Assembly: GCA_000092065.1 (NCBI GenBank)
Contig: CP000595.1
Reading direction: 5' to 3' (one strand)
DNA: 64,000 nucleotides
Origin: Ostreococcus lucimarinus
Taxonomy: Eukaryota
Notes under the pieces: model-generated
What the model was told of the DNA's origin: nothing
What the model saw: only the letters and a program-made list of their open reading frames with translations
Databases searched by the model: none
Shown here: in pieces, positions 39,007 to 48,269 of the stretch
Position numbering within the stretch: the stretch's first letter is position 1
How the letters are laid out: each line of letters opens with the position of its first letter
Program-made: the position numbers and the translations under genes

Positions 39007-39022
39007 ATCTTTTCTCAGATTT
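39005..39022 (+). other. Stem-loop (6-bp stem aaatct/agattt, 6-nt loop tttctc) starting inside the H2A stop codon. A possible histone-mRNA 3' end-processing hairpin.
   Basis: taAATCTtttctcAGATTTtg. It differs from the metazoan consensus GGCYCTTYTNAGRGCC but has similar dimensions and a U-rich loop. Confidence 0.35.
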
Positions 39023-39154
39023 TGAATTTTTAGCGCCTCGCGCGCGCAAACAAAACAAACCAAAAAAATTACTTGGTGTTCATTCAACACCACCACGAGA
39101 AGAAAGAATGTTTCACTATGCGCATTACATCATCATAATTAATCGTTCGCGTCA

Positions 39155-42052
39155 TCAAGCCGGCTGGATGGCTAAGCGCTCGACGACGTTGCTCCTGGAA
39201 TCTCTCGCGAGCTTGTCGAGAGGGAACGCCGTGCGTACCATGTACTCGACGCCCTTGCGACCTTTTTGGTACGGACGCGCGATGCCCAAGAACTCCAACT
39301 CGGCCACGGCGCGAGTAAATCGCGCCTGAAGCTGCCATAATTTTTCTCGCGGCAAACCGAACGTGCCTTTACCGCGAGCCGCCGCCGCTGCATCGCCGCG
39401 TTTCATCTCCGACCCCGCTTTACTCTCGCAAAAACTTTGAAACCAGTCGTATATGGGCGCTCGTTCGCCGAATCGCGCGAGTAGGCGATACGCCGCGGCG
39501 GTGTCAGGCAACGTTTCCGGCACGCGTCGACCGTTCGCCAAGGCGTAGTCATCGTGACGACAGCACGCGCATCGCAGCAGCTCGCTCGGATCCGTGAGCG
39601 TGTTCTCCAACGACAAACGAGGCGACGCCTGAAGCGCGGCGCGAACGCATTCGACGTCGGTGACGACGAATATTCCGCTCGCATCGATCGATTCCGGTGG
39701 GTGACTCCCGTACTTGCGCGCGATGGCGCGAAGAATGTCGCAAAATTCATTCGCCGCCGCGGATTTCGCCGAGTCGAGTCGAGGTCGTTCTGGCTTCGCC
39801 GCCGTTGCCACCGTCGTCGTCACCAAAGCTAGGGCGTTGGCTTCACTCCTCGCCGGTGCGCTTCGACCGCGCGGTGGAGACTTAGGAAGTACCAAACCAT
39901 CGTTCGCCGCGGCGTCTTCATCGCGCGTTGAAGTCCTCGGCGCCGGCGTGAGGCTCGTCGCAAACGCCGCGCCGTTTCCACGCCGTTTCCGTGCGTTTAA
40001 GATTGCCTCCATCGCTAGTCGCTGATCTTCCGCGTTCGTCTCGTCGTGCGCCAGTTTTTCAGCCGTTGCATTGGCATTCGACGCAGCGATGACGAGACCG
40101 CGCCGTTCGTCGCCACCTTCGTTCGTCGGCGTGGATGCCAAAATTGCCGCCTCTCGCCGTCGAGCGTCCTCCGCGTCGAACGAGCCGTCCTCTATGTTTG
40201 ACAGTAAAAAGCGCAGCTCCGAACCTTCTGCCGACCGCATGACCTCATCATCGTCCAAGAATTTCAGCATAGACTTGACCAAATCACCGATTTCCGCCGT
40301 CGTGAACTCGTCCCGAATGCGCGAGAACGCGACGTTGAGCAACGTCCCGCCTTGACTCTTGGGGTTGAATTCTCCAGCACCACCAAAGTATCCTTTTCGC
40401 GACGCGTCGAGGAGTAAGTCTGCCATCGTCGTCACGCTCTTTTTGAACTTTTTCTCCGTCGCCGCGCACGCGACTTGAATGCAACGCAACGAGAGTGCCC
40501 ACCGTCGCCGCAAGCGGTACACATCCTTCAGCGCCGCGCTCAGTTCGCTCTTCGTGTGCGTCGTTGAAGACGCGGAGTCGCCGTCCCCGTCTCGCATCGA
40601 CTTTGCACCGAATCCGTGCTTGATGCGCGCGTACTCCACCGCGTTCGGATCGAGATCTCGAACGAATTGGTCGATGGCGTCGCCGTACTCGTCGTCGCTC
40701 TCGTCGCCGTCGGCGCAAGGCTCGCTCGAATCTTTAGCGAGCAGCGGCAACACCGCGCTCAGCGGCTCTGTCATGAAGTGTGTGATCGTGAGCAAATGGA
40801 GCGCACGACGCACGGCGGCGAGGGAAAAGTCGTGCTCTTTAAAGCGCGTGTGCAAAACGTTCAACACCTCGCTTCCAAACGCGGGCACGCGCTCGGGGCT
40901 CAACAGCACGCGCTCTTGCACAGCCTCCATCATTTGCCCGGGCGCCCAAAGCTGGAACGCCTGCGCGTTCATCAACGATGCCGTGGCGGCTGGTAACATC
41001 CCTTGAAGCGAACTCACACTCGTGGCCAAGCCCAAGAGGACGACGACGGGCACGCTCGAGACGAATTCCGAAACGCTTCGAATAAACGAATCCAACACGC
41101 GCACGTCGAAACTTTCCGTATCCTCGACGACGATAACCACCGGACAATCGCGACCTTGAATCACTGGATATAACGTCCTTTCGTCGTCGCCCGCGCGCTC
41201 CACGTCATCTCTCGCGCGCCGCTTCGACCGTCTCGCCGGCGACGTCGCGCGCGAATCTGTCGCCGCCCGCTTCTTCCCCCCCCGCGCGCGAACGTCGTCG
41301 CCCTCTCCCGATGCGCGCGAATCACCGCCATTGTACACCGTCAACGCGTTCCCGATCGGCGACGGCACCGTCGACGCCGCGATGAGCCCGTCTCGACGCG
41401 CCCCCGACGTCTCCTCGTGCCATCGCCGCAGCGCGCGCATGCTCTTCCCCCCCCAATGCCCCCCCGTGCGGTCCAACTGCCGCATGATCACCCCAAACGC
41501 CACCCCTAGCCCCCCGGTCCCGGCCCCCGCGCGCGCCTTCAGATCTCTCGACCGCAACAGCGCCACGTGCGCGTCTCCGCTCTTCCTCAACGATTTCGTC
41601 AGCGCCGCGAACGTCTCCTCGTGATCGTCGCTGTTCACCCCTCCCGCCAGCACCACGCCCACCGGCACGCGTCGATCGCCGCCGTTATTTTTTTCCTCCG
41701 TTTCTCGCGCGCGTTCGACCCGCGTCGCGCCCTGCTCGCGGACGAACCTCCTCACCCTCGCGAACGCCTCCGCGTTCGCCTCGTCGGCGACGCGTTGACA
41801 GTGTCCATCCAGCGCCTCCCACGCCCGCGCGCACGCCGCCGCGCGCCGCTCTCGCGCGCCGCGCGTTTCATCCCGCAACACCGGTTCGAACGCGTTCAGT
41901 CGCGACGCCTCGTCGCCTCGCGGCGCCGCGCGCGCGGATTTCAGCACGAAGACGCCCGACTTTAAACCATCGTTCGTCTTGAACGCCCCGATTTCTCGCG
42001 CGTCCGGCGCCGCGCGCGTCGACGCGTCGACCCGCTTGGCGCGGGACGTCAT
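39155..42052 (-). CDS. Large protein of about 965 aa, possibly origin recognition complex subunit 3 (ORC3)-like.
   Basis: Long ORF with a protein-like central and C-terminal region (…AAVRRALHLLTITHFM…IYDWFQSFCESKAG…LEFLGIARPYQKGRKGVEYM…). The ORC3 call rests on loose pattern memory only. The start was moved to ATG 42052 (MTSRAKRVD), because the track's upstream part is low-complexity. Confidence 0.4.
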   Translation of the reverse strand: MTSRAKRVDASTRAAPDAREIGAFKTNDGLKSGVFVLKSARAAPRGDEASRLNAFEPVLRDETRGARERRAAACARAWEALDGHCQRVADEANAEAFARVRRFVREQGATRVERARETEEKNNGGDRRVPVGVVLAGGVNSDDHEETFAALTKSLRKSGDAHVALLRSRDLKARAGAGTGGLGVAFGVIMRQLDRTGGHWGGKSMRALRRWHEETSGARRDGLIAASTVPSPIGNALTVYNGGDSRASGEGDDVRARGGKKRAATDSRATSPARRSKRRARDDVERAGDDERTLYPVIQGRDCPVVIVVEDTESFDVRVLDSFIRSVSEFVSSVPVVVLLGLATSVSSLQGMLPAATASLMNAQAFQLWAPGQMMEAVQERVLLSPERVPAFGSEVLNVLHTRFKEHDFSLAAVRRALHLLTITHFMTEPLSAVLPLLAKDSSEPCADGDESDDEYGDAIDQFVRDLDPNAVEYARIKHGFGAKSMRDGDGDSASSTTHTKSELSAALKDVYRLRRRWALSLRCIQVACAATEKKFKKSVTTMADLLLDASRKGYFGGAGEFNPKSQGGTLLNVAFSRIRDEFTTAEIGDLVKSMLKFLDDDEVMRSAEGSELRFLLSNIEDGSFDAEDARRREAAILASTPTNEGGDERRGLVIAASNANATAEKLAHDETNAEDQRLAMEAILNARKRRGNGAAFATSLTPAPRTSTRDEDAAANDGLVLPKSPPRGRSAPARSEANALALVTTTVATAAKPERPRLDSAKSAAANEFCDILRAIARKYGSHPPESIDASGIFVVTDVECVRAALQASPRLSLENTLTDPSELLRCACCRHDDYALANGRRVPETLPDTAAAYRLLARFGERAPIYDWFQSFCESKAGSEMKRGDAAAAARGKGTFGLPREKLWQLQARFTRAVAELEFLGIARPYQKGRKGVEYMVRTAFPLDKLARDSRSNVVERLAIQPA

Positions 42053-42104
42053 GCGTCGCTCTCGCGCGCGCGTCTCGCGTCGCGCGGCGCGCGCCGCGAC
42101 GCGC

Positions 42105-42158
42105 TGTGCGGTCGAACGTCGTCGATGATTTGAATCATCGACGACGTTCGACCGCACA
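42105..42158. promoter_or_regulatory. 54-bp perfect inverted repeat (26-bp arms, 2-nt centre): tgtgcggtcgaacgtcgtcgatgatt-tg-aatcatcgacgacgttcgaccgcaca. It lies in the divergent intergenic region.
   Basis: Reverse-complementing shows the arms are exact. It lies between the minus-strand start at 42052 and the plus-strand start at 42239. Confidence 0.7.
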
Positions 42159-42238
42159 ATCGAGCGCTCGCGCGCGAACGCGACGCGAACGTCGCCCCGA
42201 ACGCGGCGAGCGACGCGGAACTCGTCATCGCGCGCGTC

Positions 42239-42763
42239 ATGGCGCCGAAGAAACCGGCGCAGAAGAGCGCGAAGGCGCAGATCAAGGAGCAAAGAGATCA
42301 GATTCGGCAACAAATCAAAACCATTCGAGACGAATCCGCGTCGACGCACGTCCTGGACAGCCTGTACGACGCCGCGCTGGGGCTCGAACTGTGGCTGCGA
42401 ACGAACTCGAGCGCGTTTCCGAGCGCGGCGGTGAAACAGAAGACGGAGCGACTGGGGGAGATCGCGACGCAGGCGACGAGAGGGACGCTGGACGCGGACG
42501 CGGCGTACTGGGAACTGGCGGGACTGTACACGATCATCCATCGCGAGTGCCAGAAGGAAGATTTGGGGTTGGTGTTTCCGTCGTTCGTGTTTCCGGACGG
42601 AGGGATGCCCGCGCTCGGGGAGGGGGACGCGCTGACGCTGGCGGACGTGCGAGAGGCGATCGGGTGCGAACTCACGGCGGAGGCGCTGGACGCGAAGATC
42701 GCGGAGTTGGAGGAGATCGAACGCGCGAAGGCGGCGCTGGAGGCGATGGACGCGGACGCGTGA
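42239..42763 (+). CDS. Hypothetical small protein of 174 aa. No family recognised.
   Basis: A clean ATG-initiated ORF (MAPKKPAQKSAKAQIKEQRDQIRQQIKTIRDE…) with balanced composition. It is not antisense to a better gene. Confidence 0.35.
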   Translation: MAPKKPAQKSAKAQIKEQRDQIRQQIKTIRDESASTHVLDSLYDAALGLELWLRTNSSAFPSAAVKQKTERLGEIATQATRGTLDADAAYWELAGLYTIIHRECQKEDLGLVFPSFVFPDGGMPALGEGDALTLADVREAIGCELTAEALDAKIAELEEIERAKAALEAMDADA

Positions 42764-42854
42764 GAGGGTGAGGGTAGAGATGGAGACGGTTGTAAATTAC
42801 GGAGTGATGTTGACATCGATAAAACTAAGCGTACAGCGCGACGAGGCGCGGCGA

Positions 42855-44402
42855 TTACGTCGAGCCTTCGCGGCGCGCGACGGCGGCGCGCATCAACTCG
42901 AGCGCGGATTTGAGAAACGTGGCGTTGGACTTGATGGATGAGATCGTGAACTCGGCGGCGGTGATGATGTCTCTCCACTCGTGTCCGCCGACGGCGACGC
43001 AGAGCTTGATATCGCCCTTGGCGACGGCGCCGACGCGCGCGGCGATGGCGACGCGGCTGAGACGCCACGTCGCGCGCGCGACGCCGGCGATGGTTTCCAA
43101 CGCCATGGTGATTTCTTCGACGGTGATGGACGAGTTTGGTGCGAGCTCCGACGTGCCGGTTTCGGCGGCGACGGAGGTCAGCATGGAAACCTCGGGCGCG
43201 CCCGCGGCGGCGACGGCGGCTTGGCACTGCGCTATGTCGATGGCGCTCTCACTGATTTGAATGAAATCCACACACGTTTTCGACGCCGTCGTCGTCGTGG
43301 ACGAGCGCGGGAGCTTGTCGAACTCGAGCGTGGTGGTGGCTTCTTCAGATTTCACCGCGCGAGATTTTCCGGGCAAAAGTCCCGTCGCCTCCGCCCGCGT
43401 CGTCGTCGCGTCCTCCGAGTGCGTCGTCGCGTCGTCGCTCAAATTCACCTCGTTCACGATCTTCTCGGTGCCGAACTGTTTCAACTGCGCCGAGAGCGCG
43501 ACGTGGTTATCCATGTGTTCGTGCATGTGTTTCAACCCTTGCTCGATTTTTTCGCGCTCTTCGCGAATTAAGCGAAATTGCGAATTAAGCGCCGAACGAC
43601 TCACGCCGCGTTGCTTCCCGCTCGCGTCCTCAGTCTTCGACGTCTTCTTCGCCGGCGCGCTCTTCGCCGCGCCATCCTGCTTCGCCGCGACTACTTTCTC
43701 TTCCGCTTCCTCCATTTCCGCCTCCACCAACGCTTTCGGTCGCGGGTGCAGCGTCATCTGATACTTTTGCAACTCGGTGAGCTTCCACGGTTCCGACTTC
43801 ACCTTGCCCCACTTGCATCGAAGCGTCGCGTGCCAGTGATTCTTGATGGCGTTCTCCGGTCGTCCGGTCAAGAGCTTGGCGAGCGCGGCCCACTTCGTGC
43901 CCAGCACTTTGTGCCCCTCGACGAGGATCAGCTCCTCCTCCTTGCTCCACTCCCCAGTCTTGATTCCGGGTCGAAGGTGGTTCAGGTAACGATCTCGACA
44001 CTGCTTTCCGCGTCTGTGACGCATTAAACTCGCGATGTAACTCCACCGTTTCGCGCCGTATTTATCGATCAACTGCAGCAACTCCTTGTCCTCGCGCACG
44101 GTCCACTGTTGCGTCATCCCTTTAAGTTTACCCTCGCGCATCTCCGCCTCGTACGCGTCGTCTTCGCTCGCGTCGCCGTCGCCGTCGCCGTCGCTCGTCG
44201 AGGCCAACCCGGCGGCGGCGCGCGCCGCCGACCGCGCCGCCATCCCCCGAACCGTCTCTCGCACCTCCGTCTCCACCGTCCCCGCCGTCGCCGCCGTCGA
44301 TTGTCTCTTCATCGGCGGTCGCCCTCGTCGCGCGCGTTTCGTCCTCTCTCGCTCCGGCGCCGCGTTTTCCGCCGCCTGCGCGCGCGTCGCCCGAAAAGTC
44401 AA
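42855..44402 (-). CDS. R2R3-type Myb DNA-binding transcription factor with an AT-hook-like RGRPP near the N-terminus.
   Basis: Two Myb repeats: …LLQLIDKYGAKRWSYIASLMRHRRGKQCRDRYLNHLRPGIKTGEWSKEEELILVEGHKVLGTKWAALAKLLTGRPENAIKNHWHATLRCK. The track start at 44402 is a TTG. The first ATG gives MKRQSTAATAG. Confidence 0.8.
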   Translation of the reverse strand: MTFRATRAQAAENAAPERERTKRARRGRPPMKRQSTAATAGTVETEVRETVRGMAARSAARAAAGLASTSDGDGDGDASEDDAYEAEMREGKLKGMTQQWTVREDKELLQLIDKYGAKRWSYIASLMRHRRGKQCRDRYLNHLRPGIKTGEWSKEEELILVEGHKVLGTKWAALAKLLTGRPENAIKNHWHATLRCKWGKVKSEPWKLTELQKYQMTLHPRPKALVEAEMEEAEEKVVAAKQDGAAKSAPAKKTSKTEDASGKQRGVSRSALNSQFRLIREEREKIEQGLKHMHEHMDNHVALSAQLKQFGTEKIVNEVNLSDDATTHSEDATTTRAEATGLLPGKSRAVKSEEATTTLEFDKLPRSSTTTTASKTCVDFIQISESAIDIAQCQAAVAAAGAPEVSMLTSVAAETGTSELAPNSSITVEEITMALETIAGVARATWRLSRVAIAARVGAVAKGDIKLCVAVGGHEWRDIITAAEFTISSIKSNATFLKSALELMRAAVARREGST

Positions 44403-44405
44403 CCG

Positions 44406-44774
44406 TCAGTCGTCGCGCGCGCCCTCGCGTCTCGCCTCGATCCCGACCTTCCCGCATCTCCCGTTTCGCGCGTCGCCTCGCTCGATCCCGCGCACCTCGA
44501 CCAACCAAAACAACGATCCCGCGTCCTCGACCGCCTTCGCCTTGGGCGGTCGACCGCGTCGTCGTTTCTTCGTCGTCGCCCTCGGTTCCGGCTCTCGCCG
44601 CGCGCGCGCCGTCGCCGCGATCGCCCCTTCGTTCGCCCGCGCCGCGCCGTGCGTCGCCGCCGACAAGTCGTGTTCGCCGGCGACGTCAGTGTCGTTCATT
44701 TTCGCGTCGCCCGCGTCGCGCGCGTGGTTCGCGTCGTCGCGCGACGGCGATTCGTTCGCCGCGACGATCGTCAT
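44406..44774 (-). CDS. Upstream ORF of 122 aa carrying an AT-hook (KKRRRGRPPKAK). It is in the same frame as the Myb gene and separated from it only by a TGA and one Arg codon. It may be an N-terminal extension, a uORF or an artefact.
   Basis: Frame arithmetic: the start 44774 and the Myb start 44402 fall in the same minus-strand phase. The stop is TGA at 44408..44406. The motif RRGRPP occurs on both sides of it. Confidence 0.3.
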   Translation of the reverse strand: MTIVAANESPSRDDANHARDAGDAKMNDTDVAGEHDLSAATHGAARANEGAIAATARARREPEPRATTKKRRRGRPPKAKAVEDAGSLFWLVEVRGIERGDARNGRCGKVGIEARREGARDD

Positions 44775-45022
44775 GAAACGCTCACGCGTTGACGATCGTC
44801 GCGCGTTTCCGTCGCGCGCGCGTCGTCGCGCGCGCGCGCGGCGAGGGCGACGTCCGGAGTCGCGGTTTTATCGACGCGTGTCGTTTCGCGCGCGCGTCGA
44901 TCGATCGCGCGACGGGAACGCGCGGTCGACGCGCGGGCACGTGACGCATCATTGGGGTTTCGCTCGAGCGTTTCATTTTTTTCATTTTCGGCGCCGCGTG
45001 TGGACTCGCGCGAGCGCGAGCG

Positions 45023-47176
45023 CTAGAAATCGGCGTCGAAGGCGGCGACGCGAGCGACGATGGACTCGAGACGCTCCCACTCGTCGTAATAGAGCGCCTG
45101 CTTGGCGAGCTTTTCGTCCTTTTGGCGCTGAAGATCGAGGGCGCGAGCGACGTCGGCGCCGGCGGCGACGAGGTCGGCGTCGAGCGCGGCGATTCGGGCG
45201 TCGAGGACGGCGAGCGCGCGCTCGATTTTGTCGATGGTTTTGGGGGCGTTGGCGGCCTCTTTTTCCATCGCGCGACGGGATTTGCGGGCTCGTTCGTCGT
45301 CGGTGGCGTCGGCGGCGGCGGCGGCGGTGGGGGGGGGTGGACGCTCGGTCGGCGGCGCTCGCGCGGCGTAGTCGCCGACGCCGAGCTCGTCGCCGGCGAC
45401 GCGCATTCGCGCGGAGAACGCGCCGTTTTCAACCTTGGCGACGATCGTGGGGTTGAGCGCGGCGGCGAAGGCGGGGTTGTGCGTGATTGCGATCACCGCG
45501 CCTTCCCACCCGCGCAATCCATCGCACAAGGCTTCGATGGCGGTGCCGTCTAAATGATTCGAGGCTTCGTCGAGGAGTAACACGTTGACCGGTTTCAGCA
45601 CGAACGCGGCCAAGGCGACTCGAGCTTTTTCGCCGCCGGACAGACTGCCGATCGTGCGATCGACTGCTGCGGAACCAGTGATGCCGAGTGCGCCCAGAAC
45701 GCCGCGCGCGCGCTCCATCGTAATCGATTTATCAACCTTGCGCGCGACGTCGAGCACGTGTGTCAACGCGTCCACCTCCGCGGGCAGCTGCTGCGCCAAG
45801 TCTTGCGAAAAGTATCCCACGACGCAACCCTCGCCGCGCTCGACCGTTCCGCTCATCTCGGGTAACTCCCCGCCGATCGTTTTCAGGAACGTCGACTTGC
45901 CGGCGCCGTTCGGTCCGATGACGAGTAACCGGTCGCCCTTGGTCACGGTCACGTTGACGTCGGTGACCAACGTCGAGCCGACGGCTGCGTAGCCGACGGC
46001 TAAATCTTTCGCGATGAGAATTTCTCTCGCGCCTTGCGGTGGATTTGGAAGTCTCAAGACGACTTTTTTAGCGTCACCCGGCCCTTCTCCCAGATCGCCT
46101 TCTCCCGCGAGTTCGGTCAAGTCTTCGATTTTTTCTTGCACCTTGTCGAGGGCTTTCGCCTTGGACTTCGCCGCGGACGCCTTCGTGGCCTTGGCGCCGA
46201 ATTTCGTGATAAACTCATTCAATTTAGCCGCTTTTTGTCCCTCTTTCTCGAGCGACGAGAGCGCTTGCGCGCGTCGCGCCTCTCTCTCCTTGAGAAACCG
46301 CGCGTAGTCGCCCTTGAAATTGCCCAACTTTCCGCCGCGCACTTCGACTATGCGATCCACGCACGCGAGCAATTCCTCGTCGTGGGACACCAACACCACC
46401 GTGCCGGCGTACGATTTGATCCAATTCACGAGCCACGCCCGCGCGTCGCCATCCAAGTGATTGCTCGGCTCGTCCAGCAGCAACAGCCCGCCCTTGACGC
46501 CCGCCTCGCGAGAGTCTCCGGCCGGCGACAGCAGCGTCCTTGCGAGCGCGACTCGCATCTGCCATCCCCCGCTCAGCGTGTCGCACCGCGCCCGCATCAC
46601 CGCCTCGCTGAACCCAAGTCCTTTCAGCACGCTCGACGCGCGCTTCTCCGCCGTCGCGCCGCCGACCGCGTCGTATCTCTCCCGCGCGTCCGCCAACCGC
46701 GCCGCCGCGCCCGCCTCATCCGCCGCCAACGCGCGCGTCGCCCGCTCCACCGCCGCTTCCGCGTCTCGCACGTGCGTCATCCTCGACGTCGCTTCCTCGA
46801 ACACCATCAATTTGCTTCCGCTCGTCGCAGTCTGTTCCAGCGCGCCGACCGTGACTCCCATCGCGACGCCGAAGCCGACGCCGTTCGCGTCCCGCTCGCC
46901 GAGCAGCGCTCGCACGAGCGTCGTCTTCCCGCACCCGTTCGCGCCGACGACGCCGCATATCTCCCCCGGCTCCACGCGCACTGGATCGCCGTCGCGCGTG
47001 CCCGCGATGAGGTCGCGCGCGCCCGTCGTCACGCGCACGTCGGCGTCGAAAACGACGACGGCGCCGGCGGTTTCGCCGCGCGGGACGCTCGCGGGACGCG
47101 CGAGGTCGCGACGCGCGCGCCGGCGCGCGGGACCGCGCGCGCACACCGCGCGCGCGGTCGCGGGGCGCGTCGACAT
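45023..47176 (-). CDS. ABC-F family ATPase: two ABC nucleotide-binding domains and no transmembrane domain (GCN20/EF3-like; a translation-associated ABCF).
   Basis: Two Walker A motifs (GANGCGKTTL, GPNGAGKSTFL), two ABC signatures (LSGGWQMRVALA, LSGGEKARVALA), two Walker B motifs (LLLDEPSNHLD, LLLDEASNHLD), and an inter-domain charged linker. Confidence 0.85.
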   Translation of the reverse strand: MSTRPATARAVCARGPARRRARRDLARPASVPRGETAGAVVVFDADVRVTTGARDLIAGTRDGDPVRVEPGEICGVVGANGCGKTTLVRALLGERDANGVGFGVAMGVTVGALEQTATSGSKLMVFEEATSRMTHVRDAEAAVERATRALAADEAGAAARLADARERYDAVGGATAEKRASSVLKGLGFSEAVMRARCDTLSGGWQMRVALARTLLSPAGDSREAGVKGGLLLLDEPSNHLDGDARAWLVNWIKSYAGTVVLVSHDEELLACVDRIVEVRGGKLGNFKGDYARFLKEREARRAQALSSLEKEGQKAAKLNEFITKFGAKATKASAAKSKAKALDKVQEKIEDLTELAGEGDLGEGPGDAKKVVLRLPNPPQGAREILIAKDLAVGYAAVGSTLVTDVNVTVTKGDRLLVIGPNGAGKSTFLKTIGGELPEMSGTVERGEGCVVGYFSQDLAQQLPAEVDALTHVLDVARKVDKSITMERARGVLGALGITGSAAVDRTIGSLSGGEKARVALAAFVLKPVNVLLLDEASNHLDGTAIEALCDGLRGWEGAVIAITHNPAFAAALNPTIVAKVENGAFSARMRVAGDELGVGDYAARAPPTERPPPPTAAAAADATDDERARKSRRAMEKEAANAPKTIDKIERALAVLDARIAALDADLVAAGADVARALDLQRQKDEKLAKQALYYDEWERLESIVARVAAFDADF

Positions 47177-47251
47177 CGCGCGCGCGCGCGGCCGGCGTCC
47201 CGGCGCGCGCGCGGCGACGCGGCGCGAACTGAAGGTCGAGCGTCGAGCGCG

Positions 47252-48115
47252 TCAGCCCTCGGCGGCGTCCCGCTCGCGAAGACGCGTCGAGCTCAACTTG
47301 AGCTCCTCGCCCTCGCCGCCGCGCACGAGATCGACGACGACGACGCGCAGCGGCGCGAGACCACCGCTCGAACGCATGTCGTTCAGCGCCTCCGCCCCGG
47401 CCACGGTCTCGCGGCTGACGACGAGGCCGGACATGTCGCGAACCGTCGCCGCGAGCGGCGGCGACGCGTCGAGCGGACCCACTCGAACCTCGATCGAAGA
47501 TTCCGGATCGCACAGCGCCAAGAACGCGCGCGCGTTCGCCGTGCGATCCGCGTACGACTCCACGAGCGCGCCGTACGCCTTATTCGCGAGCAATTCCGCG
47601 GACGTAACGCCGACGTACAAAACGCCGCCGCCGGCGACGGCGCGAGACGCCGACGCGAGCAACAGTCGGTGCCCGGCGTGCAAACGATCGAACGTCCCGC
47701 CCACGCTCACCTTATCCATCGTCCCATCGCTCCCGTCATCGCGCGTCGTCGCGTTCGGCGCGCTCCAGGACGCGACGCGCGCGCGCACCGCGCGCTCGAC
47801 CTCCGCGTCCGCGTCGTCGTCTCGCGTCTCTTCGTCTTCCTCTTCGTCCTCGCGCGCGTCGCCCCGCGTCCCGACGTCGTCGCCGCCGCCGCGTCCCTCG
47901 AACACCGGGTACACCTCGCGCCGCGGATCAATCGCCGACACCACGTCGTACACCTTCCACAGCGCGCGAGCCGTCGCGAAGTCGTCGCTCGAGCGCACGG
48001 CGACGCCGCGCGAGGCGTCGCCGCCGCACGCGCGCGCGAGCGCGAGCGCCGACCCGAGCTCGTCCTCGCGTCGCCAGCGCACCTCGATCGGCGCCGGCGC
48101 GACGCGCGCGAACAT
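47252..48115 (-). CDS. Phosphopantetheine adenylyltransferase (eukaryotic PPAT/CoaD-type cytidylyltransferase-fold enzyme).
   Basis: KVSVGGTFDRLHAGHRLLL carries the (H/T)xGH nucleotidyltransferase motif in the PPAT context. The start was moved to ATG 48115 (MFARVAP…), because the upstream track ORF is Arg-rich junk. Confidence 0.65.
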   Translation of the reverse strand: MFARVAPAPIEVRWRREDELGSALALARACGGDASRGVAVRSSDDFATARALWKVYDVVSAIDPRREVYPVFEGRGGGDDVGTRGDAREDEEEDEETRDDDADAEVERAVRARVASWSAPNATTRDDGSDGTMDKVSVGGTFDRLHAGHRLLLASASRAVAGGGVLYVGVTSAELLANKAYGALVESYADRTANARAFLALCDPESSIEVRVGPLDASPPLAATVRDMSGLVVSRETVAGAEALNDMRSSGGLAPLRVVVVDLVRGGEGEELKLSSTRLRERDAAEG

Positions 48116-48269
48116 CGTCGACGCGCGCGGACGTCGAGACGCGCCGCGCGCGCGTCGTCGCGACGCGAAAGCGTCGTCGTGTGACTGATTTCGAAACGAA
48201 TCGCGTTCGCGCGTCGTTCGCGCGCGCGCGCGCGCGACGCGCGCGACGCGCGGCGACGCGGGACGCGCG

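Noticed and set aside
39172-39393. Possible histone H2B partner next to H2A.
   Set aside because: No H2B-like sequence was found. The neighbouring ORFs are the kinase on one side and the ORC3-like 3' end on the other.
46034-48188. Two long plus-strand ORFs (about 716 aa and 575 aa).
   Set aside because: They are antisense to the ABC-F and PPAT genes. They are Arg/Ala-rich and have no recognisable domains.
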